DNA of 64,000 nt from Alphaproteobacteria bacterium. GTDB taxonomy: Bacteria; Pseudomonadota; Alphaproteobacteria; MPNO01; UBA830. Shown one piece after another: positions 10,122-21,633 of this stretch. The stretch is from NCBI GenBank assembly GCA_965243135.1, contig OZ251539.1:2240001-2304000 (forward strand), read 5' to 3'. The notes under the pieces were generated by a model that saw nothing but the letters and a program-made list of their open reading frames with translations, had not been told where the DNA came from and made no database searches. A program made the position numbers and the translations under genes. Each line of letters starts with the position of its first letter. Position 1 is the stretch's first letter.

Positions 10122-13052
10122 ATGACCTACCAACCTCTTCACGATGTGCTCGAGTCTACGGGCTATCTAACGAATGGTCAGCCAGCGCAGGGTGTGCACT
10201 TGGACGACGATGCCCGCAGCAGGTGTCGAGCCCGGGATTTTTCTCCCGACGCCATGTGGCGCAGCGAGTCGGCGCTCACTGTCTACTTCAAACAGGAACA
10301 AAGCACTCCACCCGATGACCGGGTTGCCGGATGGCATCGGGAGATCTGGAACTTAGGTATCGTGCCTCTGCTATGGGTGGTTTCGCCGGATGGAGTAGAT
10401 ATCTACAACGGATTCGGTCGACCAAAAAAAGCGGAAGATGCCGCCGAGCACCGGTTGGATACCTTCGGGAAGATCGAAAGCGAGTTGAACAGACTCGATG
10501 CTTTCGCTGGTCGGCTTGCCATGGAGACAGGCCAGTTCTGGCAGCAGGTCGGCACCGTTGATCGTAAGACCAGCGTCGACCGGCAGCTATTGTCCGATCT
10601 CGCCGCGGTTGAACATGACCTGATGGCAATGGACTTGAACCGTTCCAGTGCGCAAGCGCTGATTGGACGATCGATATTCACGCAATATCTTATTGATCGC
10701 AGGATCATTACGAGCGAGTTCCTTGAGCGCGGCTACGGACACAGAGCTCTCGCGTCCGTGTTGCGGAACCGACGCACTACTGAGCGGTTATTCAACTGGC
10801 TCCGTGACACCTTTAATGGCGACATGTTTATGTCGACGGATCCCTCCTCGCCGACCTCTGGACATCTCTGCAGAGTGGCGGATTTTCTTGACGCTGTGGA
10901 TCCCGAGACGGGGCAAAGAACGCTCTTTCCGTACCAGTTCGACGTGATACCGGTGGAGTTGATCAGCACGATCTACGAGCAATTCGCTCATTCCAATCCA
11001 TCGTCTGAGGACACCGAACCCGAGACGGATGTTTATTATACCCGGTTATCTCTCGTTTCCTTGATTCTCGACGAGATCATGGAGGGATTGACCGGAGAAG
11101 AAGTTGTGCTCGACATTACGTGCGGATCGGGGGTTTTTCTGGTCGAAGCTTTGCGGAAACTTGTCGCCCTCCGTTCCGGTTCGAATGAACCGCGCCGTGA
11201 AGTGATCCGTTCTACGCTGCACCAGCAGATCTACGGCGTAGATATCAATGACGCTGCGGTACAGGTTGCAGCATTCAGTCTTTATCTGGCTGCCCTGGAA
11301 CTGGATCCGGATCCGCAGCCGCCCGAGGCGCTGAAATTCGAACCGCTGATCGGCAAAACTCTTATCGTTGGCAACGCACGGAATATCGAAAATACGCCGG
11401 AATGGAATGCTTCGCTGACCGAACGAGGCCGCCGGAAGACGTTCGACGTCATTGTGGGCAATCCGCCTTGGAGCTATCCGGGCAAAGCAGACCCTATAGC
11501 ACGGCGTGCTCGGCGCAACCGGAGCGGTGTACTTGCGCCTCGTGGGGAGAGCCTCAATTTTGTCATTCGGGCCATGGAGTTTGCCTCCGATGAGACAAGA
11601 TTCGGCTTGGTTCTGAGCGGCATCCAGTTTTTTAGTCGCAGCAAAACGGGTGCTGCGGCCGTACGCTATATCATCGACAAGCTGTCTCCTGTGACCCTGA
11701 TCAACCTGTCGTACCAGTCGCGGTGGCTTTTTTCACGTGGCAATTTACCCGCAATTATCCTCTTGGCAAAACGCCAACTTTCGGACCGCAGCGAGATTAC
11801 TACCGTACAAATCCCGTGGTCTCCAGCTAGTGCGCGAACCCACGCATTCGATATCTCGCGCGACGACATTCTTACGCTACCGTTAGCCGATTGGCGCAAA
11901 AGGCCAGAGTTTCTCAAGGCCGCATTTTTCGGACTGCGGCGCGATCTGGATTTGTTAGACAGACTGACAACCAAGCATGCGTTGCTATGCGACCATCTCA
12001 AGGAACTCGGCACGGGATTTCACGCGGGTTTGACGATCGGAAATCGGAGCCGTGATTCAAGTTTCCTTCAAGGACTTCCATTACTGACAAAAAACGATCT
12101 TCAATTAATTTCTGCACCAAGCAGTTTAACTTCGTACAGCGACGAAAAGGCGGAGAGACCCCGCAAACGTGAAATTTATCAAGCACCGTTGTTGCTCATG
12201 CGGCAGTTCTTGAAGGGTGACGGGCGACTTGCAGCTGCTGATTCCAGACGGGACATCGTGTTCACAGAGGCATATTTCGGCGCGCCGCTGCCGAATATCG
12301 GGACGGCCCGCTTGCTCGCCGCGATTCTGAGTTCGTCGCTCGCCTCCTGGTTTGTTCTGATGACTGCCTCTACTTTCGGACTTTCGATGCGGCGGGTGTT
12401 GCTTCGGGACATCGAGAGCTTGCCGATTCCCGATCTCGAAACAGCCCTGCATTCCCACTCCGGCCGACATTTGACACGGCTTATTCGGAAATTGCAGCGA
12501 GATCCGTCGGATAGCGACGATTGGCGAACGCTTGATGAGGCTGCCTTCGACCTGTACGACTTGGACGATGCCGACCGCATCGTCGTGCGAGACGGCCTGT
12601 TCCGGGCGAGATGGCAATGGAGGTCCGGTAGACTCGAATCCGTCGCCGCCGCCGATACTGAGCATGTTCTTGCCTATGCGAATGCGTTCCTCGCAGCGAT
12701 CGATGTTTGGCTCTCGGCATTGAATCGCCGCCATATGCGTGCCGAGGTTTTCGATTTGCCCATGTCCGCACCGCTTCGGGTGGTTCGTTTCGTCCTTGAG
12801 GAACGTCCCGGGCCTTCGGTGGCGAAAGTTGCGCAACCGCAAGGACAATTGCGAGGCGTCCTTCATCGAATCGGCGAACGTCTGGATCTCCAGCTGGGGA
12901 CGGCCTTGGTCGGACAAAGGGCGCTACGGGTGTACGCGCCCAATGAAGTCGTCGTCATCAAGCCCGCCGCCCGCCGTCACTGGATGGGCGTGTCGGCGCT
13001 GGAAGACGCAGACGCCGTCATCGCAGAGAGCATTTCCGGAACGGTCGCGTGA
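10122..13052 (+). CDS. N6-adenine DNA methyltransferase, type IIG/Eco57I-like architecture
   Basis: YYTR motif, SAM-binding LDITCGSGVFL, YGVDIND, catalytic VGNPPW, and a TRD-like C-terminal region (AAILSSSLASWF...IESLPIP). Confidence 0.9.
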   Translation: MTYQPLHDVLESTGYLTNGQPAQGVHLDDDARSRCRARDFSPDAMWRSESALTVYFKQEQSTPPDDRVAGWHREIWNLGIVPLLWVVSPDGVDIYNGFGRPKKAEDAAEHRLDTFGKIESELNRLDAFAGRLAMETGQFWQQVGTVDRKTSVDRQLLSDLAAVEHDLMAMDLNRSSAQALIGRSIFTQYLIDRRIITSEFLERGYGHRALASVLRNRRTTERLFNWLRDTFNGDMFMSTDPSSPTSGHLCRVADFLDAVDPETGQRTLFPYQFDVIPVELISTIYEQFAHSNPSSEDTEPETDVYYTRLSLVSLILDEIMEGLTGEEVVLDITCGSGVFLVEALRKLVALRSGSNEPRREVIRSTLHQQIYGVDINDAAVQVAAFSLYLAALELDPDPQPPEALKFEPLIGKTLIVGNARNIENTPEWNASLTERGRRKTFDVIVGNPPWSYPGKADPIARRARRNRSGVLAPRGESLNFVIRAMEFASDETRFGLVLSGIQFFSRSKTGAAAVRYIIDKLSPVTLINLSYQSRWLFSRGNLPAIILLAKRQLSDRSEITTVQIPWSPASARTHAFDISRDDILTLPLADWRKRPEFLKAAFFGLRRDLDLLDRLTTKHALLCDHLKELGTGFHAGLTIGNRSRDSSFLQGLPLLTKNDLQLISAPSSLTSYSDEKAERPRKREIYQAPLLLMRQFLKGDGRLAAADSRRDIVFTEAYFGAPLPNIGTARLLAAILSSSLASWFVLMTASTFGLSMRRVLLRDIESLPIPDLETALHSHSGRHLTRLIRKLQRDPSDSDDWRTLDEAAFDLYDLDDADRIVVRDGLFRARWQWRSGRLESVAAADTEHVLAYANAFLAAIDVWLSALNRRHMRAEVFDLPMSAPLRVVRFVLEERPGPSVAKVAQPQGQLRGVLHRIGERLDLQLGTALVGQRALRVYAPNEVVVIKPAARRHWMGVSALEDADAVIAESISGTVA

Positions 13053-13717
13053 AATTGCCGACCGATGTCCCGGCTGCCGTCGGCCGGCCGTCTGTAGACC
13101 TTGCAAGCGAGATAGCGGGGGCGATACTGCGAACCGTCGAGGCCGGCTGGAGGCTTGCTATGAAGTCGCCGGACGTAAGTGCGGATGATCGGGAAGTAGA
13201 GATCACGGAGCGGCTGCGCGATGGGATGCGCAGTGCGTTGAACTCCGGAATGTTTAAATGGAAAGGCAACATGTTCGTATTTCCCGGAACCCAATCCCGC
13301 TCTCGTCCGGATGTTTTAGTGCCGGATGGCCTAACGGACATTTCGATTTTCTTGGTTGGGATAGGCCGACGTTTGGAAGAGCACGATCCCCATGCAGTGA
13401 TCGAGTGCAAGCGAATCACCGGCAAAAATGCGGATTTGTGCCGCAAATACGTTGTGGAAGGCATTGATCGTTTCCGAACCGGAAAATATTCGGGGAACCA
13501 CTCGATCGGTTTCATGGCCGGGTATTTAATTTCCGGAGACGAAAAATCCGCAGTTAACGGTGTTAATCGCTATCTGAAGGGTAAATCGCGCAGTGCCGAA
13601 AGTCTACGGCGGTCGCATCTCATCGCTGAATCCTGGGTGCGGCAGAGTCAGCATGAACGAATGGGGAAATCACCAATAGAATTGTATCATGCACTATTGT
13701 CGTTCGTTACCGCATGA
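13049..13717 (+). CDS. Putative PD-(D/E)xK nuclease coupled to the methyltransferase
   Basis: GTGA overlap with the upstream stop. GLTDISI...AVIECKRI...EGIDRF...GKYS pattern. Confidence 0.65.
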   Translation: MKLPTDVPAAVGRPSVDLASEIAGAILRTVEAGWRLAMKSPDVSADDREVEITERLRDGMRSALNSGMFKWKGNMFVFPGTQSRSRPDVLVPDGLTDISIFLVGIGRRLEEHDPHAVIECKRITGKNADLCRKYVVEGIDRFRTGKYSGNHSIGFMAGYLISGDEKSAVNGVNRYLKGKSRSAESLRRSHLIAESWVRQSQHERMGKSPIELYHALLSFVTA

Positions 13718-14326
13718 TGAAACGTTTTCGCCGCACCATTTTCTGTCGGCTGACAGCCTGGCCCGCATCTTGGGGTTTGCGATGGCCGGAACGCCTCTGC
13801 AGTCGGGTGCGAAGATACGCCTCCGCGACCGCCGCGACAAGCAACCGTTTATGGGCGGATCATCGGCTTCGGCGCGGTCGGAACGCGCCGATTTGGCGAG
13901 AACGGAGGTCTTGACTTGCGGTGTTGTGCCAAGTCGTCCAGTGGAAGCGCAAAACCTTGCAGGCAATGCATACGAGGCCACTTCAGCTACCTTGCCGTCG
14001 TAGTGCGAAAAAAAGAGGGATAACGACAGCATGACGCAGCCCTACCAACGCGGTACGGGGAAACGCACGCGAAGCGGCGGAGTTGTTGCACGACCGCGCC
14101 GCCGCAGCTCGCGACAGCGCGTTTTCTTTACGCGGGATTCCTGATAGGGGTCCCGCGACGGCCGGAGTCGTCGCCTGCGTCGCCCCGCCGTCCGGGGGCT
14201 TTCGGCGGGCGGCTGCCGGAATCGCGGCGTCGGACGGTCCGTGATCCCGCGCCGGCCGCGTCCGCAAGGACGCTATCCGGTTCCGGTCCAGCCGTCGTCT
14301 CGTTCGGTGCCTGTAGCGATAACGAC

Positions 14327-17300
14327 ATGACGGACGCTGCGAATAATACGGCCGCCGACGCAACCCCGGACCAGCTCCGGCCGCCGCCCGGCCTTGCCGA
14401 CGGTCGAACGGAACCTGCGCTTTCCGACCGGGTTCCCGGTTCGCAAGAGACTGCGGATCTGCCGCCGCCGCCCGCCGCGCCTGATCGTCCTGAAGAACTG
14501 TTGCCGCCCGCTCCGCCGGCCGGCATGGCGGACGAAACCGGAGACAGGTTGCTCGGAAAGATTCTCGGGCGGATCCCGGAAGCGGAAACGAACATCGGAA
14601 AGCACATCGACGAGCGGCTGGCGGAACTGCCGGCCGCCATCGAAAGGCGCCTGACCTTTCATCCCCCCATTGTCGAGTCCTTGAGCATGTCGTTGTTCCG
14701 TAGCGCCTTGTATATTTGAACGTAGGCCTTGAGGTAGCCGTAGCCCTGCCAGATGGTCCCGGGCAAGGGCTGGCGTTGGGATGAAGCCCGCGAGCCGTCC
14801 CACGTCGACCACGAAGGTCTGGACGTCGAGGTTTTCGGGCGGCGACCTGCTCTTGACCATGCCTCGTTCGGCAAGGTCGAGATAAAGCACCGCAATTTCA
14901 TCTTCGTCCGCGACTTCGGCGGCGGGGGCGTCCGGCCTGTCCCGCGCCATGCGCTGGAAGTCGAAGACCCGGCATGCGGTAATGGCGTCGAAAGCAAGGC
15001 ACTTTCGGAGGTCGTCGGCATCGTCGAACTGCCGGTCTTCGATGCCCATGCCGGACTTGAGGGCCTTGAAGTATTCTTCGATCGTCCAGCGCCGTTCGTA
15101 CCACTTTACGACGCGCACCGCGTCGTCTTTCTCGGGTTTGCCCTCCGTCGTGAGCAACAGCCAGTCGAGGCCTTGCGGTCCTGCGACCGACACGGCGAGC
15201 ATGGAGAGAGGCGCGTCGCCGGTCCTGTCGCCGGGCGGCACGAGCCGGACGCGGGCGGCGCGGATGTCAAGCGTCACCTCGCGTTTCTTGCGCGCCCGCT
15301 TGCCGCCGCAGGCGGCGAGGTTCAGCGACCTCCGGGTCAGCACCGGCTGTTCCGCCATGTGGTTCCAAAGCCCTTTTTTGCTGCCATCTTCGCACAGCAC
15401 GCGCCGCCGCTTCGAGCGGCAGGCGCGCACCACCAGGCCGGCACCCGCCGCGACCGCCCTCGACAGCAGTTCCCAGATATCCCCTTCCCGGTCGCACACG
15501 GTGATGACCTGCGTGTCGGGGCAGGCGCGCGCGATTTCCTGCGCCTTGTCGAAGTGGCCAGCGGACGCTCTCGCTTTCGTCCTTGTCGTCGCGCATGGTG
15601 GCGTCGATCTCGAAGACCCCGAGCGGGCGTCTTGAGGTCGTGATCGCAAGTCCGAAGTGGGCGGCGATGCCTTTGGTTCCCGACCCGCCGCCGCCGAGCG
15701 GCACCAGGCCGGAGGTGGCTTGCAGGCCGTTGTAATTCAGCATCGTCGTGTCCTGGACCGCTAGAACCACGCGCTCCTTGCGGCAGCGCTCGACCATGCA
15801 TTCCTTGTGCGACTCGAGAACGTGCTCCATGCTCACCCTCGGATTCGACAGCAGCCGGTAGGCTGCTTTCTGATCTTCCTTGTCCGGGCACCGGTACCGG
15901 TTCGCCGGGCCGTGCCTCCCATGCGCGCCCCATTCGTACCACCGCGAATGCGTCCGTCCGGGTGCGTTCCGCGTCCCATTCCGCCCAATCGTCGGACGGA
16001 GGTGCCTCCGGGGCGAGGCCGAGCATCCGTTCCGGTTCCCGGCGCAGCCGCTCTTTCCAGTCGGCGGCCAGCGGCTTCATCCAGACCGACCGTGCGACGC
16101 CCCTCTCCATGGCGCCTGGCGGCAACCCCGACGTCGGCCTGCCGCAACGCTCCCATCCTGCCGCGCGATAGCAAGCGCCGGAATGGTCGGGAGAGACGTA
16201 AGTGTAGGCCATGAGCGGACGCACGCCGTAGGCGGCTTCCCAATCGCCGGGCAGTCGCGTCGCCGCGAGGTCGAGAACGTGCGACGCAAGCCCGCGCACG
16301 CGCACCCCCGGCAACAGCAGAAACCGGTTATTGTTGACCATCCGTTGCAGGTTGGCGACCCGTGCGTCCGCCGACCAGCCGACGAACTCATCGCGCGCTT
16401 TCTGGTGCCAACTGGCGGCGCAGAAAGCGATGCCGCCCAGTCGGCCATGACGGGACGACACGATCCAGTAACACCTTTGCGCGCCCGGCGGACGCATCCA
16501 TCGCTGCGGATGATGGGTTGCCATCATCGAGCGCCACCGCTCCTTGTCGGCGCTCCCAGAAACCGGTTCCAGCGCGACTTCTCCGACCTCCGCCAGACTG
16601 CAGCGAAGCGACAGGTTCGGAAAATTCCGGGCCGGCGCCTTCTGCGGCAGGCGCTCCTGCGGCGGCGGCAAGGCGATCCCGAGTTTCTCGGCGAGCTTCG
16701 GCAGGATCCGTCGCGCCGAGGCGAGGCAAAGTTCGCCCTTCTCATTGCGCCAGTTCTCGCGCTCGCACAGCCCGTGGGCCAACTGACGCCGGGTGCGACC
16801 ACCCTCGGCGACTGCCGCTCGGAACCACTCGATACTGTCCGCATGGAAACGGTGAAGTCCAACTTGCATACGCCGAAAGTAGCGTCACCGATTCATGGAA
16901 TCAACTATTATTTGACGAAAGGCGCCTGACCGCCCCGCCGCGCCGCAACGCGCCGCCGGCGGCCGCCGCTCCCGAAGACGCCGGGCAAACGGTCGTTCAG
17001 GCTTCCGAAGCCGCGACCGTCGTTCCGCCCGTCGCGGATGTCGAACCTGCCGGACAGGCCGGCTCCCCCGCAAGCGTCGCGGCCGCCGCGGCCAAACTGG
17101 AAAAGCAGGTCCGCACCCACGCCGCCGACTTCCAGCGCTGGCAGTCGGTCAACCGGACCCGGAGCCGGCGGCTGGCGGCCGCCGCCGTCGCTGTCGGAGC
17201 GCCGTGCCTGCTCGCCCTCGGCCTGCTCCTTCCGGCGCAGTTCGCGATCCTTCCGGCGCCGGACCCCACCAACGGCTGGCGGGACTTCGTCTGGAACCGC

Positions 17301-17381
17301 TTCGGCTCGGAAATCGCCGACTGCGTCCTCCGGGCGCGCGCCGCCGGCAAGCGGTCCGCTTGCGAGATCGTCGTCCCGTAG
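14327..17381 (+). pseudogene. Membrane-anchored mob-type accessory gene interrupted by the DUF4338-IS4 element
   Basis: Removing 14657-16931 fuses ...AIERRLT to APPRRNAPP... in frame. It has a TM segment (LAAAAVAVGAPCLLALGLLL) and a C-terminal DCVLRARAAGKRSACEIVVP. The family assignment is tentative. Confidence 0.65.
14657..16915 (-). mobile_element. IS4 (Tn5/IS50-type) element encoding a DUF4338-transposase fusion, frameshifted
   Basis: N-terminal DUF4338 motifs (RDEFVGWS, VNNNRFLLLP, TYVSPDHSGACYRAAGW) followed by VQDTT, VCDREGD, WLLLT and YERRWTIEEYFKALKSG. Flanked by the 16-bp direct repeat cgaaaggcgcctgacc (14641-14656, 16916-16931). Confidence 0.9.
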
Positions 17382-17384
17382 CGG

Positions 17385-19053
17385 CTACGCCTGAGACAGC
17401 CCGCGGCGGCCGGCCCGCCGCCCGGCCTCCTTCTCCCGCAAGGCGCGCCGCCGCGCCTCTTCGTCCGGCCAATGGTCGCGCCGGCAATGCGCCAGGGCGT
17501 CGGCGAGGCGGAAGATGCGTTCTCCCGTTTCGGGCGGGCGCGCGCCCCCGGCCTGCCGGACCAGGAGGCCGATCCCGTCCTTCCCGGCGTCCTTGCCGTC
17601 GGCCGCGATATCCTCGACGATGGCCTCGATCGTCCGTTCTTCCGGCGACGCCGCCCACGGCCCGGCCTCGACCGTCTCCGTCCACCGGAGAACATCGCCG
17701 TGCGCGAGATCGGCGGGACCCGCGACGGCCGCCTCCGCGAGTTCCGCGCCCGGCGCCTCGAGCCGCGAGGCGCCGGGGTCGTCCGGCCAGAGCGGTTCCC
17801 AGATCGCGTCGTCGCGTTCGTGGGCCTCTTCGACCTCCCGCACCGTCCAGGAGACGAGGTCGCCGCCCGCGAGGTGCGGGCCGTAGGTTTTCGCGTCCGC
17901 GAGAATGGCGCGTCCGGCGGCGAGCAACCGTTCGCTCTCCGCCCGCCAGCCGGCGTAGGAGGGAACGTCCCTTATCGACGTCGCCGCGCTGCGTTCCCAT
18001 TCCGCGAAGAGTTCCGTCCGCCGCGAGTCGCTCCTGTCCGCGGCCGCGACGTACTCGTCGATCCGCCGCCGCGCCGTCCGTCCCTCCTCCAGATAGTCCA
18101 GCGCCCGGTCGATCTGCCGTCCGGCGTCGTCGTCCAGGTCGGCGCGGATCGCTTTCATGCGTTCGACGAACTCCGCGTGGCCGTCGAGGTACATGACGTG
18201 GACGCCACCGTCGTCGGCGAGGGCCGAGCACTCCTTCCAAGCGGCGTTCAGCCGCTCCAGCCGTTCCTGAAGGCGCCGTCCTTCCGCCGCCCGTTCCGGA
18301 TCGACCGGCCGCTCGCCGCGATCGATCGCCCGGAACACGTCCTCGGCCGTACGCGCGCCGCGGAACGCCTCGCGGATCTTCTCCAGAAGCCGCGCGATCC
18401 GCGCGAACAGCCAGGAGACCTGCGCGCCGGCCTCGAGCCGGTTTTCGCTCCATCGGCGGTAGGCTTCGGCGACGGCCTCCTCGATCTGCGCCTCTTCCGG
18501 CCGGTCGGCGTAGCACGTCCGGATGCCGAAGGCGGCGAGCCATTCGTCCCGCGCCCGCGCCGCGAGCGCTTCCCAATCGCCGTCGGAAAATGCGCCGAGA
18601 TCCCGCAGCGCGTGGACGATCTCGTGCCGCAGCACGCTCCGCATCGCGCCCGGTTCGGCCAGCGCGACCTCGATGACGCCGCGGGCGTAGCGGCCCATCG
18701 CCTCGTCCGCCGGATCCGCGGTCAGCCGCAGGCCGACCGCTCCGGCGCCGATCGCGTCGAGTTCCGCCCGCAACTCCGCGAACGCCGCTTGCCGCTCCGC
18801 CTCCGAGAACGTTCGCCGCGGCCCGTCCGCCTCCATCCTCAGAGCGCGTTCTTCCGGCCGGAGCCGTTCGATCTCCCGTTCGACGGCCGCTCGCGCAGCA
18901 CTCGCCACATGCGGGCGTTCCGCGAACGCCTTCATACGTTCGACCAGCTCGCCTCCCCCGCTGCCGCCCGTTCGCGTGATTTGGTCGTTCCAGTCCTCCC
19001 GCAGCCGATCGTAGAGTCTCCAGCTCTCCTGCCAGGCGAGAACGGATGTTTTG
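17385..19053 (-). pseudogene. 3' fragment of a large polyvalent protein (second zincin HExxH domain plus C-terminal region)
   Basis: LRHEIVHALR...EEAVAEA. Joins 21193-21633 in frame after removing the ISAs1 element. Confidence 0.75.
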
Positions 19054-21192
19054 CAGGCCTATCCCACGCTATTTTTTGTGCGTCGCGCTGGGTCGCGCTG
19101 GCCCCAACCGGGGAACCGGACATGCCTGCGGCTTGGCCACGGCGGTTTTTGGCACCATTCGTTGTGTAACCAACCACGAACTGCAGACCACACAAAACCG
19201 TTCCGCGAGATTTTTTCGCGGCGGCGCTCGCCGTTCGAGAGGAGCGTGACGCTGTGGGCTGTCCCGTCTGTCTTCACGCCGAGACGCCCGAACTCGGAAC
19301 GGTTATGTCGGCGCGAGGCCCGGAGAACCGTACCCAAAGTTGCACGGGGTGAGCAGGTGTCGAGCGTTGGGGGCAGGGAGAGGAGAAGCGGAGAAGAGAG
19401 GGGGGCGACACCGCGTCGGCGAAGCGTCAAGGCAGGAGAATGGCCTCCATCCCCTTTTGACGATCAAGCGAGATGGTGCGCATGGCCTGCGCGACGCCGT
19501 CGAAAGCCTTGTGAAAGATTACCGCGCAGGCGATGTTCCCGATGGTCGCATTGTTTGCGGGGCCGAAGCCGACGCTGAACTGCGAGTCGTCTTCCCGGAA
19601 GTTGACGTCGCGGACGCGATGGTTCTTGTTCTCGACGCTCCAGTGTCCGCGGTTGAAGGCGAGCAACTCTTTGGCGTCAGCCTCGGCCAGGGAGGTGATG
19701 CCGTAGGCGTGTTGTTTGTACGCCGGTCTTCACAATCTCCCGTTCGCGGGTAACGCGGAATATCTGCTTGACGTGAGGGTAGTTGATCGCGCCCGGGAGG
19801 GGTCTGACGACATGGATGTGGCGCCGGTCGATGCGCCCGTGGGCGGGGTCGGCTTCCTCGGAGAAACTGGCGTCCGCATCGCGTTCCCATGTCTCCAGAT
19901 GTTCGCACGTCTCGGGCGAGTTGCCCTTGATCGACAACAGGTAGTCGGCGCGATGCGTTTCGACGCGGGCGGTGTCCCTGGTCGTGTGAAGGGCATCGAG
20001 ACACGGCCCGACACGTCGACAGTTTCAAGCAGTGTGCGGACAGCGGCGATCTCTCCGCCTTCATCGTGAAAGCCGATGCTGGCGAGCGGGATGCCCGTGT
20101 TGTGCTCGACCAAGGTTGCGATTTCGGTGGAGCCGGTGCGGTTGGCCCGGGCGCTTGCCGTCGCCCGCGCGCCCGATGCGCGGTGCCGAGTAGCGGGCAT
20201 GCGCCTTCTCAAGCTCGACCGGGGTTAGAGATGACGCGGTGAATGGTGGATTTCGAGACGGCCACGCCCTGTCTTCTTGTTCTTCCATGCGCCGAGCGCT
20301 TCGAGTTCGTCCTGGGTCAGCGACTTCGCGTAGTCGGCGGCGGCCACCGGTCCACGGAACCCGGCCAGCCAGGCAAGCATGTAGATGCTGAAGACCGACG
20401 CTGCGGAATGTTTCCGCCCTTGCGCCCGGCGAAAGTCGACGATTTCCGCGACGCGAAGAGCACGAAGTTCGCCAGGCTTTTTCCTCGAAACGGCCCCCGT
20501 CCGTTCCCACTCCGCGGGTAGTTCATTGGCGCGCAGAAGGCGCTGCGCGTCGCGCCGAAGGGACGTAAAGCTGTTTGGGCGCACCGTGCGGTTCCGTGTA
20601 CCGACCACCTGGAATATCCCTTTGAATCTCCGACATGAATCCAGCCGCCCGCCTTGTAGATAGTGCCTTCGAAACGGGACGGGTCGACAAAGGTTTCGGC
20701 CAACAGCAGCCGATGCCGCGCCTGCCAGTCGTCGCTGAGGCGGTTCAGCATCTGCGCCAAGGACGCCAGGTTGCGGCACATGCTCTGCTTCGCCAGCGAC
20801 ACGAAGCGGGTGTTGTTGGCTCGCAGGCGCCGAAACTGGTTCGCAGGCTTCCAGCCGATCCCCCGTGGCCGGCACTTGAACGCGCCGGTTTGCCAGCCCG
20901 CAAGCGCCAGCCAGCGGCCTCGACATGCGACCACATACCGCAAGCCGCGACCGGCGAAGCGCTTGAACTCCAGGTAATGGTTCTCGCGAACGAGAGCGTC
21001 CCACTTGACCCGCTCGTCCGGTCGAGCCAAGCGAACCTCCACCGCTTCGAGCGAAAAATCTTCCATGTTCGGCGCGGAAATCTCAGCCATGGCCTGTGAG
21101 TAACCGAATCGGTTGGCGAAAGCCAGAGAAAAATACGGCGCAGTGAAAAAAAATGTGGAATCACGCCGCTACTCTAGCGTGGGATCGCCCTG
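19054..21192 (-). mobile_element. ISAs1-family element encoding a DUF4338-transposase fusion (CDS ~19427-21090, many frameshifts)
   Basis: TIR caggcctatcccacgcta / tagcgtgggatcgccctg and 9-bp TSD gatgttttg (19045-19053, 21193-21201). Motifs ENHYL..K..AGRGLRY, ETFVDPSRFEGTIYKAGGW, DFRRAQGRKH, IKGN, HGRIDRR and HWSVENKNHRVRDVNFRED. Confidence 0.92.
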
Positions 21193-21633
21193 GATGTTTT
21201 GTCGCGGTAGTGGAATCCGCCGCTCAGATGTTCTATAGTGATAGCCGAGAACCTCGTGTGATCTAACGTTGCTTCCTCCGCGGAACCGGCGTTTGCCATG
21301 ACGGCGAGGTTCTCAGTCCTTTCGGAAATGTGATCGTAGAAGCGCTGCCCATCCGGCATTTCCCTTACGGTCAGGCGAACTCGCCGGAGTTCGCCATCCA
21401 GATCGACCACCCCGGCAAAGTGGTGGAACGCCCGGACATTCCTGTCTCCTTTGAGGGGCCGCTCGCTTTCGTAGCGGATACAAGTTCGAAGCAGATCGGG
21501 AAGCGCTGGCACGATCTCGATGTTTCGCCTGCCTTCCCCTCTGATGCCCCTGACGCCAACCAGACCGCCTTGCGGTGTAGTCCGGTAGCCTTCTTGAGAC
21601 CTCGCCGGCCGACAAGAACTTCCCATCCTGTGT
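21193..21633 (-). pseudogene. Middle fragment of the polyvalent protein (LPD3-like domain)
   Basis: DTGWEVLVGRRGLKK...(frameshift)...IVPALPDLL...HHFAGVV...VRLTVREMPDGQRFYDH. Confidence 0.6.
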
